Source of the DNA: an uncultured bacterium
GTDB lineage: Bacteria; Planctomycetota; UBA1135; GCA-002686595
Assembly: GCA_943787795.1 (NCBI GenBank)
Contig: CALSNU010000004.1
Coordinates: 224,001-288,000 of the forward strand
DNA length: 64,000 nt
Direction of reading: 5' to 3'
Positions 27,043-36,202 of this stretch are shown in pieces. The position numbers were made by a program, and so were the translations under genes. The notes below the pieces were generated by a model. That model did no database searches and was not told the origin of the DNA. It worked only from the letters and a program-made list of their open reading frames with translations. Within the stretch, counting starts at the first letter, position 1. Every line of letters starts with the position of its first letter.

Positions 27043-28650
27043 ATGATGCCGCGCGACTCCGAAGGCGACGAAATATCCAAGGGCTCCCCTGGCCCAGGGG
27101 AGAATGCTGCCCATGGCCCGAATGGCGGCGGGAGAAATCCTGCCCCCGGAGCACAGGGCGGCATTCCCGACGCGCCGGAGGGGAACCCGACCTTCGACGC
27201 CTCTGCGGCGGACGACGGGACCCAGCGGCCCCTGGCCCAGCTCCCCACGGCGGACTTCTGGGACGTGCTCTACGGGAGACGGTCGATCCGCAAGTTCACC
27301 GAGGACCCGGTGGATCACGAGCTGGTGGATCAGGTCATGCACGCGGGCATCTGGGCGCCCAGCTCCTGCAACTATCAAATGTGGGACCTGGTCGCGGTCA
27401 CAGACCCGGCCGTGAACGCGACGCTCGCGGGGCTCTCGACACAGATGGCCAACGCCCCGGTGAACATCGTCATCAGCTACGGGCGGGACTTCTCGGAGGA
27501 GGCCTGGGCCAACATCCAGTCGGCGTCAGCCCTGATCCAGAACATGAGCCTCGCGGCCCACGCCCTGGGCCTCGGGACCTTCTGGATCACGCAGACCGGC
27601 GGCGCCGAGGAGGTGCGCGAGGTGGTCGGCCTGCCCTACGACCGCATGGTCATCGCCGTACTCGCTCTCGGCCACCCCAAGGTGACGCCCCGCCGCGGCC
27701 CGAAGCGGCGCCCCCTCGATCAGGTCACCCATCGCGACCACTACGCCGGGCGCGTCATCCCGTCGTCGGTGCGCCCCGACGACTGGGCGCCGGACCTGCT
27801 CGCCACCTACCAGCGCGCGAGGGTCCTGAACGGCCTGCGCCATAACAAGCCGCGCGCGTGGGAGCAGCGGGCGGTCAGCGAGGCCCTGGACGCGCTCCTC
27901 CCCGAGGGTGCCGAGCGTCCCCCTGCGGGAGAGGCGGAGGACTCACGTGGCCGTTGGCTCGACGTGCTCCCCTGCACCGGGATCATCACCGCGCGGTTGG
28001 CGGCCGTCCGCAAGGGCTTCCGCTTCGACGTCGCCGAGCGCTCCCTGGAGGTGGCCGAGTTCTGTGCGGGGCGGGTGAGCCCCCGTGGTGCAGCCCTCGC
28101 CTGGCCCGAGGTCGCCGACGGTGCAGATCCCCCCGGCACCGGCACCGGCACCGGTACCGCCCCCGGCCCCGGCACCTACGACGTGGTCTCCTGCCTCTTC
28201 CGGCTCGAGGGGGTCCGCAGCGATCAACGGGCAGCGCTGATACGGGACATGGCAAGCTGGCTGAAGCCCGGGGGCAAGCTCCTGATTGGGTTCGTGTCCA
28301 GCCGCTCGTTCCACCGCTGGACAGAGCGCCTCCGGGCGCGCGGGCGCGGGCCCAAGGGGGTCGAGTACGTCCTGGCCCCCGACCCCAACATTGGCCCCTT
28401 CGAGCCCCTGGCGCCGCAGGAACTCAGCGGGTGGCTCAAGGCCGCTGGGCTCGCGGAGGTGGGCCGCTCGGGGTTGCAGCCCGTCCCCGCACCCGAGGAG
28501 ATCGAGTTCCGGACCCGGAACATGAAGGGCCCCCTCGGGAGGCTGCTCCGCGCAGCGGCGGGCGCCCTTGGGGTGATCGGGTCGCTACCTGGCCTTGGGG
28601 GCAGGTTCGGAAGATTCCAGTTCATCGTCGCCCGCCGACCTCGGGACTAG
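27043..28650 (+). CDS. Nitroreductase-family domain fused to a class I SAM methyltransferase-like domain
   Basis: RRSIRKF, APSSCNYQMW, SLAAHALGLGTFW; C-terminal WLDVLPCTG, YDVVSC, WLKPGGKLLI. Start 27043 chosen for the TAGACT box 11 nt upstream. Confidence 0.78.
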   Translation: MMPRDSEGDEISKGSPGPGENAAHGPNGGGRNPAPGAQGGIPDAPEGNPTFDASAADDGTQRPLAQLPTADFWDVLYGRRSIRKFTEDPVDHELVDQVMHAGIWAPSSCNYQMWDLVAVTDPAVNATLAGLSTQMANAPVNIVISYGRDFSEEAWANIQSASALIQNMSLAAHALGLGTFWITQTGGAEEVREVVGLPYDRMVIAVLALGHPKVTPRRGPKRRPLDQVTHRDHYAGRVIPSSVRPDDWAPDLLATYQRARVLNGLRHNKPRAWEQRAVSEALDALLPEGAERPPAGEAEDSRGRWLDVLPCTGIITARLAAVRKGFRFDVAERSLEVAEFCAGRVSPRGAALAWPEVADGADPPGTGTGTGTAPGPGTYDVVSCLFRLEGVRSDQRAALIRDMASWLKPGGKLLIGFVSSRSFHRWTERLRARGRGPKGVEYVLAPDPNIGPFEPLAPQELSGWLKAAGLAEVGRSGLQPVPAPEEIEFRTRNMKGPLGRLLRAAAGALGVIGSLPGLGGRFGRFQFIVARRPRD

Positions 28651-28714
28651 AGGGCGCGACGGGGACGGGCTCTCTCCTATGATCAGGGAGAACCCGATCC
28701 GACCCGGAGCCCCC

Positions 28715-30022
28715 ATGATCCTCGCCCTCGTCCTCTCCGCGCTCTCCGCGCTCCCGCAGCCCGAGGACCCGCCCCCCACGGCGTTCGTCGGCGCTCGCAT
28801 CCACACGGTCAACGGCCCGCCGATCGAGGACGGGACCCTCATCGTCGTCGGCTCCAAGATCGTGGCGGTCGGGCCGGCCAGTGAGACGGCGGCCCCTGCC
28901 GGAGCGAAGATCATCGACGCCAGCGGCAAGACGATCATCCCCGGACTGATCTGCACCCACAGTCACCTGGGCGGCACGGCTGGCGCGGACGGATCCGGCC
29001 CCATCCAACCCGACGTGCGCGTCTCCGACTCGCTCAACGTGAGGGACTCTGGCTACCGCAGGGCCCTCGCAGGGGGGCTCACCACCCTCAACTGCATGCC
29101 CGGCTCGGGGCACCTGCTCAGCGGCCAGACCGCCTACCTGAAGCTTCGCCCCGCCAACACCATCGAGGACATGTTCATCCTCGACCCGAACGGGGAGCCC
29201 ATGGGCGGGATGAAGATGGCCAACGGCACGAACTCCATGCGGGGCGGGGCCTTCCCCGGCACCCGCGGTCGATCCGCTGCGCTGGTACGAAAGCAGTTCA
29301 TCGCGGCCCAGGAGTACGCGCGCAAGGTCGAGGCCGCGGCCGGCGATCCCGAGAAGATGCCCAACCGCCACATCGGGCTCGAGGCCCTGGGCGAGGTGCT
29401 CTCCGGCAAGCGGATCGTCCACCACCACACCCACCGCCACGACGACATCATCACCGTCCTGCGACTCTCAAAGGAGTTCAACTTCCGGGTCGTGCTGCAC
29501 CACGTGAGTGAGGCCTGGAAGGTGGCCGACGAGATTGCAGCGGCGGGCGCCCCCTGCTCGGTCATCGTGATCGACAGCCCCGGTGGGAAGCTGGAGGCCA
29601 TCGATGTCGCCTTCCGCACGGGCGGTGTGCTCGAGCGCGCCGGCGTCAACGTGGCCTTCCACACCGACGATGGGATCACCGACTCGCGACTCTTCCTCCG
29701 CAGCGCGGCGCTCGCCGTGCGCGCTGGCATGACCCGGGAGGGAGCCCTCCGGGCCTTGACGCTGTCGGGCGCCGAGATGATGGACCTCCAGGACCGCACA
29801 GGCTCACTGGTCCCTGGGAAGGACGCGGACTTCGCGATCCTCGACGGCGACCCGTTCAGCGTCTACACCAAGATCCTCGAGACCTGGGTCGAGGGCGAGC
29901 GCCGGTTTGACCGTTCCGACCCCCAAGACCGGCTCTACGCCGAGGGCGGCTACGGCGCCACCCACGAGCAAGACCCCTACTTCTGCTGCTTCGGCGACGA
30001 CAACCAGGGAGACCAGGACTGA
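28715..30022 (+). CDS. Amidohydrolase family protein, exported
   Basis: IIPGLICTHSHLG, FHTDD, GSLVPGKDADFAILDGDP. Confidence 0.88.
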   Translation: MILALVLSALSALPQPEDPPPTAFVGARIHTVNGPPIEDGTLIVVGSKIVAVGPASETAAPAGAKIIDASGKTIIPGLICTHSHLGGTAGADGSGPIQPDVRVSDSLNVRDSGYRRALAGGLTTLNCMPGSGHLLSGQTAYLKLRPANTIEDMFILDPNGEPMGGMKMANGTNSMRGGAFPGTRGRSAALVRKQFIAAQEYARKVEAAAGDPEKMPNRHIGLEALGEVLSGKRIVHHHTHRHDDIITVLRLSKEFNFRVVLHHVSEAWKVADEIAAAGAPCSVIVIDSPGGKLEAIDVAFRTGGVLERAGVNVAFHTDDGITDSRLFLRSAALAVRAGMTREGALRALTLSGAEMMDLQDRTGSLVPGKDADFAILDGDPFSVYTKILETWVEGERRFDRSDPQDRLYAEGGYGATHEQDPYFCCFGDDNQGDQD

Positions 30023-31281
30023 TGGGACGACACCTCACCTTCACCCTCGGCGCCCTCGCGCTGCTCGCTCCCCTCGCGCCCGCCCAGGTGGCGGTCCGTG
30101 GGGAGGTCATCCATACGCTGGCGGGCCCGCCGCTTGAGAACGGCGTGGTCCTGATCCGTGACGGCAAGATCGCGGAGATTGGCCCCGCGGACGCCGTGCA
30201 GATCCCCGCCGGGTTCGAGGTCCTCGACGCCGCGGTGGTCACCCCTGGCCTCGTGGACGCCCGCTCGGTCGTGGGCGTCGCGGGGTACTACAACCAGAAG
30301 AAGGGGGACCAGGAGCAGCACGAGGATTCGTCCCCGGTCCAGCCCGAGCTGAGAGCCCTTGACGCCTACAACCCTCGCGAGGCGCTCGTCCACTGGGTCT
30401 GTAGCTTCGGGGTGACGACGGTCCAGACGGGCCACGCCCCCCGCGAGCTCGTCCCCGGCCAGCTCTTCATCGTCAAGACCGTCCCCACCACGGCAGACGA
30501 CGCCGCGGTGCGCCCGTTCAGCGCGGTCGCCGCCACCCTCTCGAACGCCGCCAAGCGGTCGGACAAGTCCTCGCCGGGGACCCGGGCCAAGATGATGTCC
30601 ATGCTCCGCTCGAAGCTGATCGAGGCGCAGGAGTATGCGTCCAAGCGAGACGCGGCCGAGGAGGACAACCTCCCCCCGCGGGACCTCGCCCTGGAGGCGA
30701 TGTGCGCGGTCCTCGACGGCGATGTGCCGATGATCGTGACCGCACACCGCGCCCAGGACATCGCCTCCGCCCTCCGGCTCGGGCGCGAGTTCAACTTCAA
30801 GCTCATCCTGGACGGGGCGAGCGAGGCGTACCTCATGCTCGATGAGATCAAGGGCGCGGGCGTCCCGATCATCCTTCACCCGTCCATGAAGCGAGCCTCG
30901 GGCGACGCAGAGAACCTCTCCTTCGAGACGGCGGCGCGGCTCGAACAGGCCGGCATCCCCTTCTCGATCAAGAGTGGCTTCGAGTCCTACGTACCGAAGA
31001 CCCGGGTGATCCTCTTCGAGGCGGCCATCGCCGCGAGCCATGGGCTGGGCTTCGATGCGGCGCTGCGCTCGGTGACCATCGACGCGGCGCGAATCCTCGG
31101 TGTGGAAGATCGCGTGGGCAGCCTCGAGGTGGGCAAGGACGGAGACCTCGCGCTCTACGACGGGGACCCCTTCGAGTACACGTCCCACTGCGTCGGGACG
31201 GTCATCGAGGGCGCCGTCGTCGCCCGAGGCGAGCGGGGCCAATCCGCCGGGACACCCGTCGGTCCGAACAAGAAGCGCTAG
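30022..31281 (+). CDS. Amidohydrolase family protein, second paralogue lacking the HxH motif
   Basis: TPGLVDARS, GSLEVGKDGDLALYDGDPF; 1-bp overlap with the upstream gene. Confidence 0.85.
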   Translation: MGRHLTFTLGALALLAPLAPAQVAVRGEVIHTLAGPPLENGVVLIRDGKIAEIGPADAVQIPAGFEVLDAAVVTPGLVDARSVVGVAGYYNQKKGDQEQHEDSSPVQPELRALDAYNPREALVHWVCSFGVTTVQTGHAPRELVPGQLFIVKTVPTTADDAAVRPFSAVAATLSNAAKRSDKSSPGTRAKMMSMLRSKLIEAQEYASKRDAAEEDNLPPRDLALEAMCAVLDGDVPMIVTAHRAQDIASALRLGREFNFKLILDGASEAYLMLDEIKGAGVPIILHPSMKRASGDAENLSFETAARLEQAGIPFSIKSGFESYVPKTRVILFEAAIAASHGLGFDAALRSVTIDAARILGVEDRVGSLEVGKDGDLALYDGDPFEYTSHCVGTVIEGAVVARGERGQSAGTPVGPNKKR

Positions 31282-31300
31282 GCCTGGGAGCCCTCGCCGT

Positions 31301-31975
31301 TCAGGCGGGGGACGCGAGGTCCGGTCCGCGGCGTCGGGCGAGCAGGAACCGCTCGGCCCATCGCCGCGCTGGCGCCTTCCGCTGGACCTCGACGTCCTCG
31401 ATAGCCTCGGCTCGCGTGCCGAGGACTCGCAGGAGGTCCGCGCTACTCATCCCGTGGGGAGGCCCCCCTTCCGACTCGGGCTTGCCGAAGGGGAAGACCA
31501 GCGCCGCGTAGAGTCCTCCTGGGAGAAGCAGCTCGCCGGCACGCGCACCCCAGGGGCCGCGGTCCGCGGGATCGATGGCGCAGAAGAAGGTGTGATCCCA
31601 GATCAGGTCGAAGGGCTCGTCCTCGAAGTCGAGGGCATCCCCCTCGACGAATCGGCCGCCAAGCCGCGCGAGCGCCGCCCCGAGGTCTCCCCCCACCAAC
31701 CCCACGAGGTCCAGCGCCACGACCGTCCAGCCGCGCCGCGCGAGTGCGAGCGCGTCGTGCCCCCGCCCCGCGCCGGGAACGAGCGCGCGAGCGCCGTCCC
31801 TGGGCGGAGCCAGGGATCCCCCGGAGAGCCTCCGACTGAGCTCAGGGTGCGCGCCGCCGAGATCCCAGGGCGTCTGCCCGGATCGATAGCAATCGGCCCA
31901 GTCCACCGGGCCAGGGACCTCGCCGCCGACTCCGTCCGCAGGAAAGGCAGGGCCATCTTCGCTGGGTGTCACCAT
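31301..31975 (-). CDS. Thiopurine S-methyltransferase-like SAM methyltransferase
   Basis: W..CY..GQTPWD, LVPGAGRGHD, FDLIWDHTFFCAI, GGPP. Confidence 0.85.
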   Translation of the reverse strand: MVTPSEDGPAFPADGVGGEVPGPVDWADCYRSGQTPWDLGGAHPELSRRLSGGSLAPPRDGARALVPGAGRGHDALALARRGWTVVALDLVGLVGGDLGAALARLGGRFVEGDALDFEDEPFDLIWDHTFFCAIDPADRGPWGARAGELLLPGGLYAALVFPFGKPESEGGPPHGMSSADLLRVLGTRAEAIEDVEVQRKAPARRWAERFLLARRRGPDLASPA

Positions 31976-32063
31976 CCCGCGAGGATCCGCGAAGTCCGCG
32001 GCCCGTGCAAGGGCCGGTTGCCGCCCGAACGGATTCAGCCGGATGCGAGTCCGCCGGTGGCCC

Positions 32064-33860
32064 TCACCACGCCAAGAGGAGGATCCTCCCGCCCGTCGAC
32101 CTGGCAAGGCCGCCCCACAGCCGCTCCAGCTTGCGGGAGCTGTCCACCAGGACGAAGTCGAGGAGCGCCGGCCGGAAGCGGAGCCGCTCCCTCACGAGCG
32201 AGACCATGAGGCCGATGTTCCATCGTTCCCCTCCCGAGGGGGCGCCGTCCGAGAGGAGCACGACGCGGTCGACCTCGGGCCTGTCGAGGGCGAGGCTCAA
32301 GGCCTCGAAGAGGTCCCCGCTCCCGTTCATTCGTGCCGAGGCAAAGAAGCGCTGCGCGCGCCGGATGTTCCTCCCGGTGGCCTCCACCAGCCCCGGCTCG
32401 AAGGGATGCGGCTCGCGGGTGTAGGGCACGAGGAGGAATTCGGTCCCCGCGCTGAAACCGGAGAGGAGCTGCTCTACCTGGGGATCGAGCCGGTCCTTCT
32501 TGCAGCGGCCCTCGTCGTTCTCGATCCAGAGGGATCCGGAGAAGTCGATGAGGATGGCGAGGCGGTCGCTCTTCGGATCCAGCCGACCCAGCGCCGCCAC
32601 GGTCCCGCGTGCCCTCCCCCCCCGTGCTCCGGTGGGCGCCGGTGCGTCGATGGCCGGGGCCCAATCCGGCGGGAGGGCTCGGAGCGCGGTCTCCCAGGCC
32701 TCGACACGGTCTCGATACCGCAGGCCGGTCAACTCCTGCAGGGCCGCCACCAGGGCCGCGCGGAGCGCAACGCGCGACTCCACCCGAAGACGATCCAGCA
32801 GGAGCCCGAGGACGAGCGGGGGCGCCTCCTCTCCTTCGATCGCCCTGGACCTTGCCGTGGTGGTCGCCCTGGACTCGGCGCTGGCGTCGGTTCCCAGCGA
32901 GGAGCCTCCTGAAGGGCCGACGGGTGACCCTGCCGGCTCACGGGTCAGCTCCGGCCTCCGCCGTCGAGTGAGATCCCCAGTGAGATCCCCAGTGAGATCC
33001 CCAGCGAGGTTCCCCGTGTGGTTCCCGGCGAGCTCGAGGGCCGAGCCTCGGGCCAGCTCGATGGCCCGGAGCCTCACCCCCCAGTCCTCGTGTCCCATGG
33101 CCGCCTCCAGAAGAGAGGCCTTACCCGTGAGGCCCAGCTCCATGGCCGCCATCACCGCAGAGCAGCCGAGCGCGCGGTCTCCATCGGCGATCCAGGGCCC
33201 GATGAAGGGCACCGCGCGCTCAGGTGTGAGCTGCACCAGGGCCTGAAGCGCTGCCGCGCGGCAGCCCGTGTCGCCCCCTCTCCGCACCCCATCCAAGACG
33301 CGCTTGACTAGGCGTTCAGGATCTCCGGCGATGAGCTTGCTGCGGGCCAGCCGCTCCACGCTCCAGAAGAGCGCCCGCCGCTCGTCGGCGCCGCGCACGC
33401 CAAGCAACGAGGCGAGCTCCCTGGCCGGCAGCGGCGCGGGGCAACGGCCCATCAGCTCTGCCCAACGGAGGCGCACGAGAGGGGCGCGATCCGCCAGCCC
33501 CTTGTGCCTGCGGAGCAAGGCGGGGAGCGCGGCGCCGACGACCCCGGGAAGCTGAAGCTGCGCCTCGTCAGCGACCTCTCCGGAGCGATCCGAGAGCGCA
33601 CCGACGATCCGTGCGACCGCCCGCTCGCCACCCAGCTGAGCCAGCCCCGCCACGGCGCGGCGGCGGCGCTCGGATCGAGGCTCTCGCAGCTGCTGCTCCA
33701 GGCGGCCCAGCTCCGCACGCCTGGTTCCGTCCCGCTCCCCCGGCGGCCCGGAGTCCGCGGGCGCAGGGCCTGCCGCCGCCAACGCCACCAACAGCATCCA
33801 GCCGACCCAGCCCAGGAGCCTGCCAGCACGCCACCTTCCACTCGACTCGTCCAACACCAT
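32064..33860 (-). CDS. HEAT-repeat protein with C-terminal vWA domain, exported
   Basis: HEAT-like repeats (DWGVRLRAIE), IDFSGSL MIDAS-like motif, VLLSDGAP; internal 12-bp GDLT repeat. Confidence 0.75.
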   Translation of the reverse strand: MVLDESSGRWRAGRLLGWVGWMLLVALAAAGPAPADSGPPGERDGTRRAELGRLEQQLREPRSERRRRAVAGLAQLGGERAVARIVGALSDRSGEVADEAQLQLPGVVGAALPALLRRHKGLADRAPLVRLRWAELMGRCPAPLPARELASLLGVRGADERRALFWSVERLARSKLIAGDPERLVKRVLDGVRRGGDTGCRAAALQALVQLTPERAVPFIGPWIADGDRALGCSAVMAAMELGLTGKASLLEAAMGHEDWGVRLRAIELARGSALELAGNHTGNLAGDLTGDLTGDLTRRRRPELTREPAGSPVGPSGGSSLGTDASAESRATTTARSRAIEGEEAPPLVLGLLLDRLRVESRVALRAALVAALQELTGLRYRDRVEAWETALRALPPDWAPAIDAPAPTGARGGRARGTVAALGRLDPKSDRLAILIDFSGSLWIENDEGRCKKDRLDPQVEQLLSGFSAGTEFLLVPYTREPHPFEPGLVEATGRNIRRAQRFFASARMNGSGDLFEALSLALDRPEVDRVVLLSDGAPSGGERWNIGLMVSLVRERLRFRPALLDFVLVDSSRKLERLWGGLARSTGGRILLLAW

Positions 33861-33978
33861 CCCACAACCCCCGTCCCCTTTCTTCGGAGCACGCCGGCCC
33901 CCAGCACTCAGGGGTGTGCGGCAGCTCCGCTGGCCTGTTCAGGACCGCCGCCCCATTGAACGGTGGCTCCAAACGCGA

Positions 33979-34009
33979 GAGCGCGGCGCCCACAGCGGGC
34001 GCCGCGCTC
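33979..34009 (-). terminator. Hairpin, probable terminator
   Basis: GAGCGCGGCGCCC-ACAGC-GGGCGCCGCGCTC downstream of the 34101-34448 gene. Confidence 0.6.
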
Positions 34010-34100
34010 CCACGGAACGAACGGCTCGACACCTGGTGACATCCAATTCACCGCAGCCCGCTCAACGCAGCCTGGCGGCAACTGGCCGGCGCGTGCAGCC

Positions 34101-34448
34101 CTAGACGCCGGGCCGGACCACGTACACCATCAGGACCGCGGTGACGACGAGGGCGAACGCGAGCCAGCTCAGGGACTTGGTCGCCTCGGGCTTGCGGTAC
34201 GCGACGCCCGCGAGCGCCGAGAGACCCAGCCAGCAGCCGATCTTGACGAACACCCAGACGTCCCACGCGTATCCCATCTTTGCCATGAGCCCGAAGCCCC
34301 CGACGAGGGCCGCGAGGCTCGTGATCCCCGACAGCATGAGGTTGGAACGCCGGCTCTCCGGAGTCGGGGCGGCGAAGGCCCGGAACGTGACCGCCACGAG
34401 GAAGATGACGGAGACGAGGTGGATGACTTGGTAGATCTTGGGGTCCAT
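34101..34448 (-). CDS. Small 4-TM membrane protein (SirB-like)
   Basis: YQVIHLVSV, GGFGLMAK, WVFVKIGCWL. Confidence 0.7.
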   Translation of the reverse strand: MDPKIYQVIHLVSVIFLVAVTFRAFAAPTPESRRSNLMLSGITSLAALVGGFGLMAKMGYAWDVWVFVKIGCWLGLSALAGVAYRKPEATKSLSWLAFALVVTAVLMVYVVRPGV

Positions 34449-34656
34449 CGCAGAGGGGGGCCGACAGGGTTTCGGAGCGCGGGGCGTGAGCACGGAGTGT
34501 AGGGCCCAGGAGCACGGGATCCGAGCCTCTCCCCGGGCACGTCGCGGCCGCGCCCCACCGCGGCCCACCGCGCCTCGCCACGGTGCCGGAGCGGCCGGGC
34601 GTGAATTGGGTTCAGGAGCAGACGCCCGATGAGGTCAATCGCTACGGTGCGCCCAG

Positions 34657-35700
34657 ATGTCCCACCAACCCAAAGGTCCCGACCGCTCGGTCCAGCTCTG
34701 CGGCCTCCTGTGCGTCGCCCTGGCGGCCGGAGCGGTCTTCGTCCGCCCGCTGCTCGGTGAGTCACGGCTCGTCCCGTCGCCCTCCGTGCTCGCGCTGATC
34801 ATGGGGCTCCTCCTGGGCCTCGCTCCGGTGGTCCAGTCGCACATGGTCAGCGCTGCCAAGACGGTCTCCAAGCGGGCGATCCCCGCGGCGATCGTGTTGA
34901 TCGGCTTCGGCATGGACCTTGACCCGCTGCTCGACGGGGGCGCCCTGGGCGGGACGCTCATGGTCGTGCTCGCAGGGATCGCGGTGGCCTTCGCGGGCGC
35001 GCTGCTCGCCGGCAAGCTCTGTGGCCTCGACCCGAGGGCCTCGCTGCTCCTGGGAGCCGGCACCGCGATCTGCGGCAACAGCGCGATCATGGCGGTGGCG
35101 CCCACGGTCGAGGCCGACGAGGAGGACCTGGGGCTCGCCATCGGTGTGATCAACCTCCTTGGCGTCGCGATGCTCTTCGCGCTCCCCCCCGCCGCGATCG
35201 CCGTGGGCATCGAGGGGCAAGCGGGCGGCGCCCTCGCGGGCCTGACCGTCCACGCGGTGCCCCAGGCGATTGCCACCGGCGAGGCCTTCGGCGCTGAAGC
35301 CGTGGAGTGGGCGACGCTCTACAAGTTGCTGCGCGTCGCGATGCTGGTCCCGATGGTCGTCGTGCTCGCGCTCCTCGTCCCTGCGAGGGACGGGACCCGG
35401 CGCAAGGGAGGCGGCGTGGGCGTCCCCCACTTCGTCTGGCTCTTCGCCGTGGCCTCCGCGCTCCGGGCCAGCGGCTGGCTCGACCACGAGCTGTCCATCG
35501 CAGGAGACACGCGCCCCACGTGGGGCTGGCTGAAGCAATCGGGGAGCTGGCTGCTCGCGGCCGCCCTCGCGGCGATCGGCATGACCCTCCACGTCCCCCG
35601 GCTCATCCGCGTCGGACCGCGCTTCCTGCTGGCCGGGGCCCTCGCGGTGACGGCCATGGTGGCGGTCACCATGCCGTTGGTGATCTGGCTTCTGGGTTGA
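34657..35700 (+). CDS. YeiH / putative sulfate exporter family transporter
   Basis: GTAICGNSAIMAVAP, AGLTVHAVPQA, KLLRVAML. Confidence 0.88.
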   Translation: MSHQPKGPDRSVQLCGLLCVALAAGAVFVRPLLGESRLVPSPSVLALIMGLLLGLAPVVQSHMVSAAKTVSKRAIPAAIVLIGFGMDLDPLLDGGALGGTLMVVLAGIAVAFAGALLAGKLCGLDPRASLLLGAGTAICGNSAIMAVAPTVEADEEDLGLAIGVINLLGVAMLFALPPAAIAVGIEGQAGGALAGLTVHAVPQAIATGEAFGAEAVEWATLYKLLRVAMLVPMVVVLALLVPARDGTRRKGGGVGVPHFVWLFAVASALRASGWLDHELSIAGDTRPTWGWLKQSGSWLLAAALAAIGMTLHVPRLIRVGPRFLLAGALAVTAMVAVTMPLVIWLLG

Positions 35701-35746
35701 TGCGCCGGTTCAAGGGGCCCACGGGTCCGGGCCGGGCCCCGAGCGC

Positions 35747-35866
35747 GTGAGCCCCGCGACGGCGTGAGGCCCGCGACCGGCGTGAGCCCCGCGACCGGTG
35801 TGAGCCCAGCGACTGGTCGCCTGGGAGCCCCGCGACTGGGTGAGCCCCGCGACTGGGTGAGCCCCG
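35747..35866. repeat. About 7 degenerate 17-18-bp intergenic tandem repeats (GTGAGCCCCGCGACYGG)
   Basis: Read directly; contiguous, no unique spacers. Confidence 0.85.
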
Positions 35867-36202
35867 GATCCTGCAGGAGGCGAGGATCCAGTGGGAGGCA
35901 CGGCGACCGGGAGCGGGGCGGGGCCCACGGGACCTCCGCCGCCCACTCCGGCCCTCCTAGGATCCTGTATCCAGGCCGAATGGAGCGCGCCTGGGCCTAT
36001 CCAGACCGGTCGCGCCGGAGGCTCCTGATTTGAGACAGTCCTGTCTGGCCGTGGCGTGAGAGTATTAACCCATGCAGAGGGACCCTTTCTGGGGCCGCTG
36101 CCGTCCATCAGCAGCCGCGGTCTTGCCTGCTTCCCGGCTCCAAGCTCTCCCAGGGGGTCGTCGACCCTCTCGCTCCTTCCCTCACCTCCAGTTCAAACAC
36201 CC

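Noticed and set aside
35747..35866. Possible CRISPR array (also 26269-26348 and 17183-17230)
   Set aside because: Units are 16-18 bp and contiguous, with no unique spacers and no cas genes.
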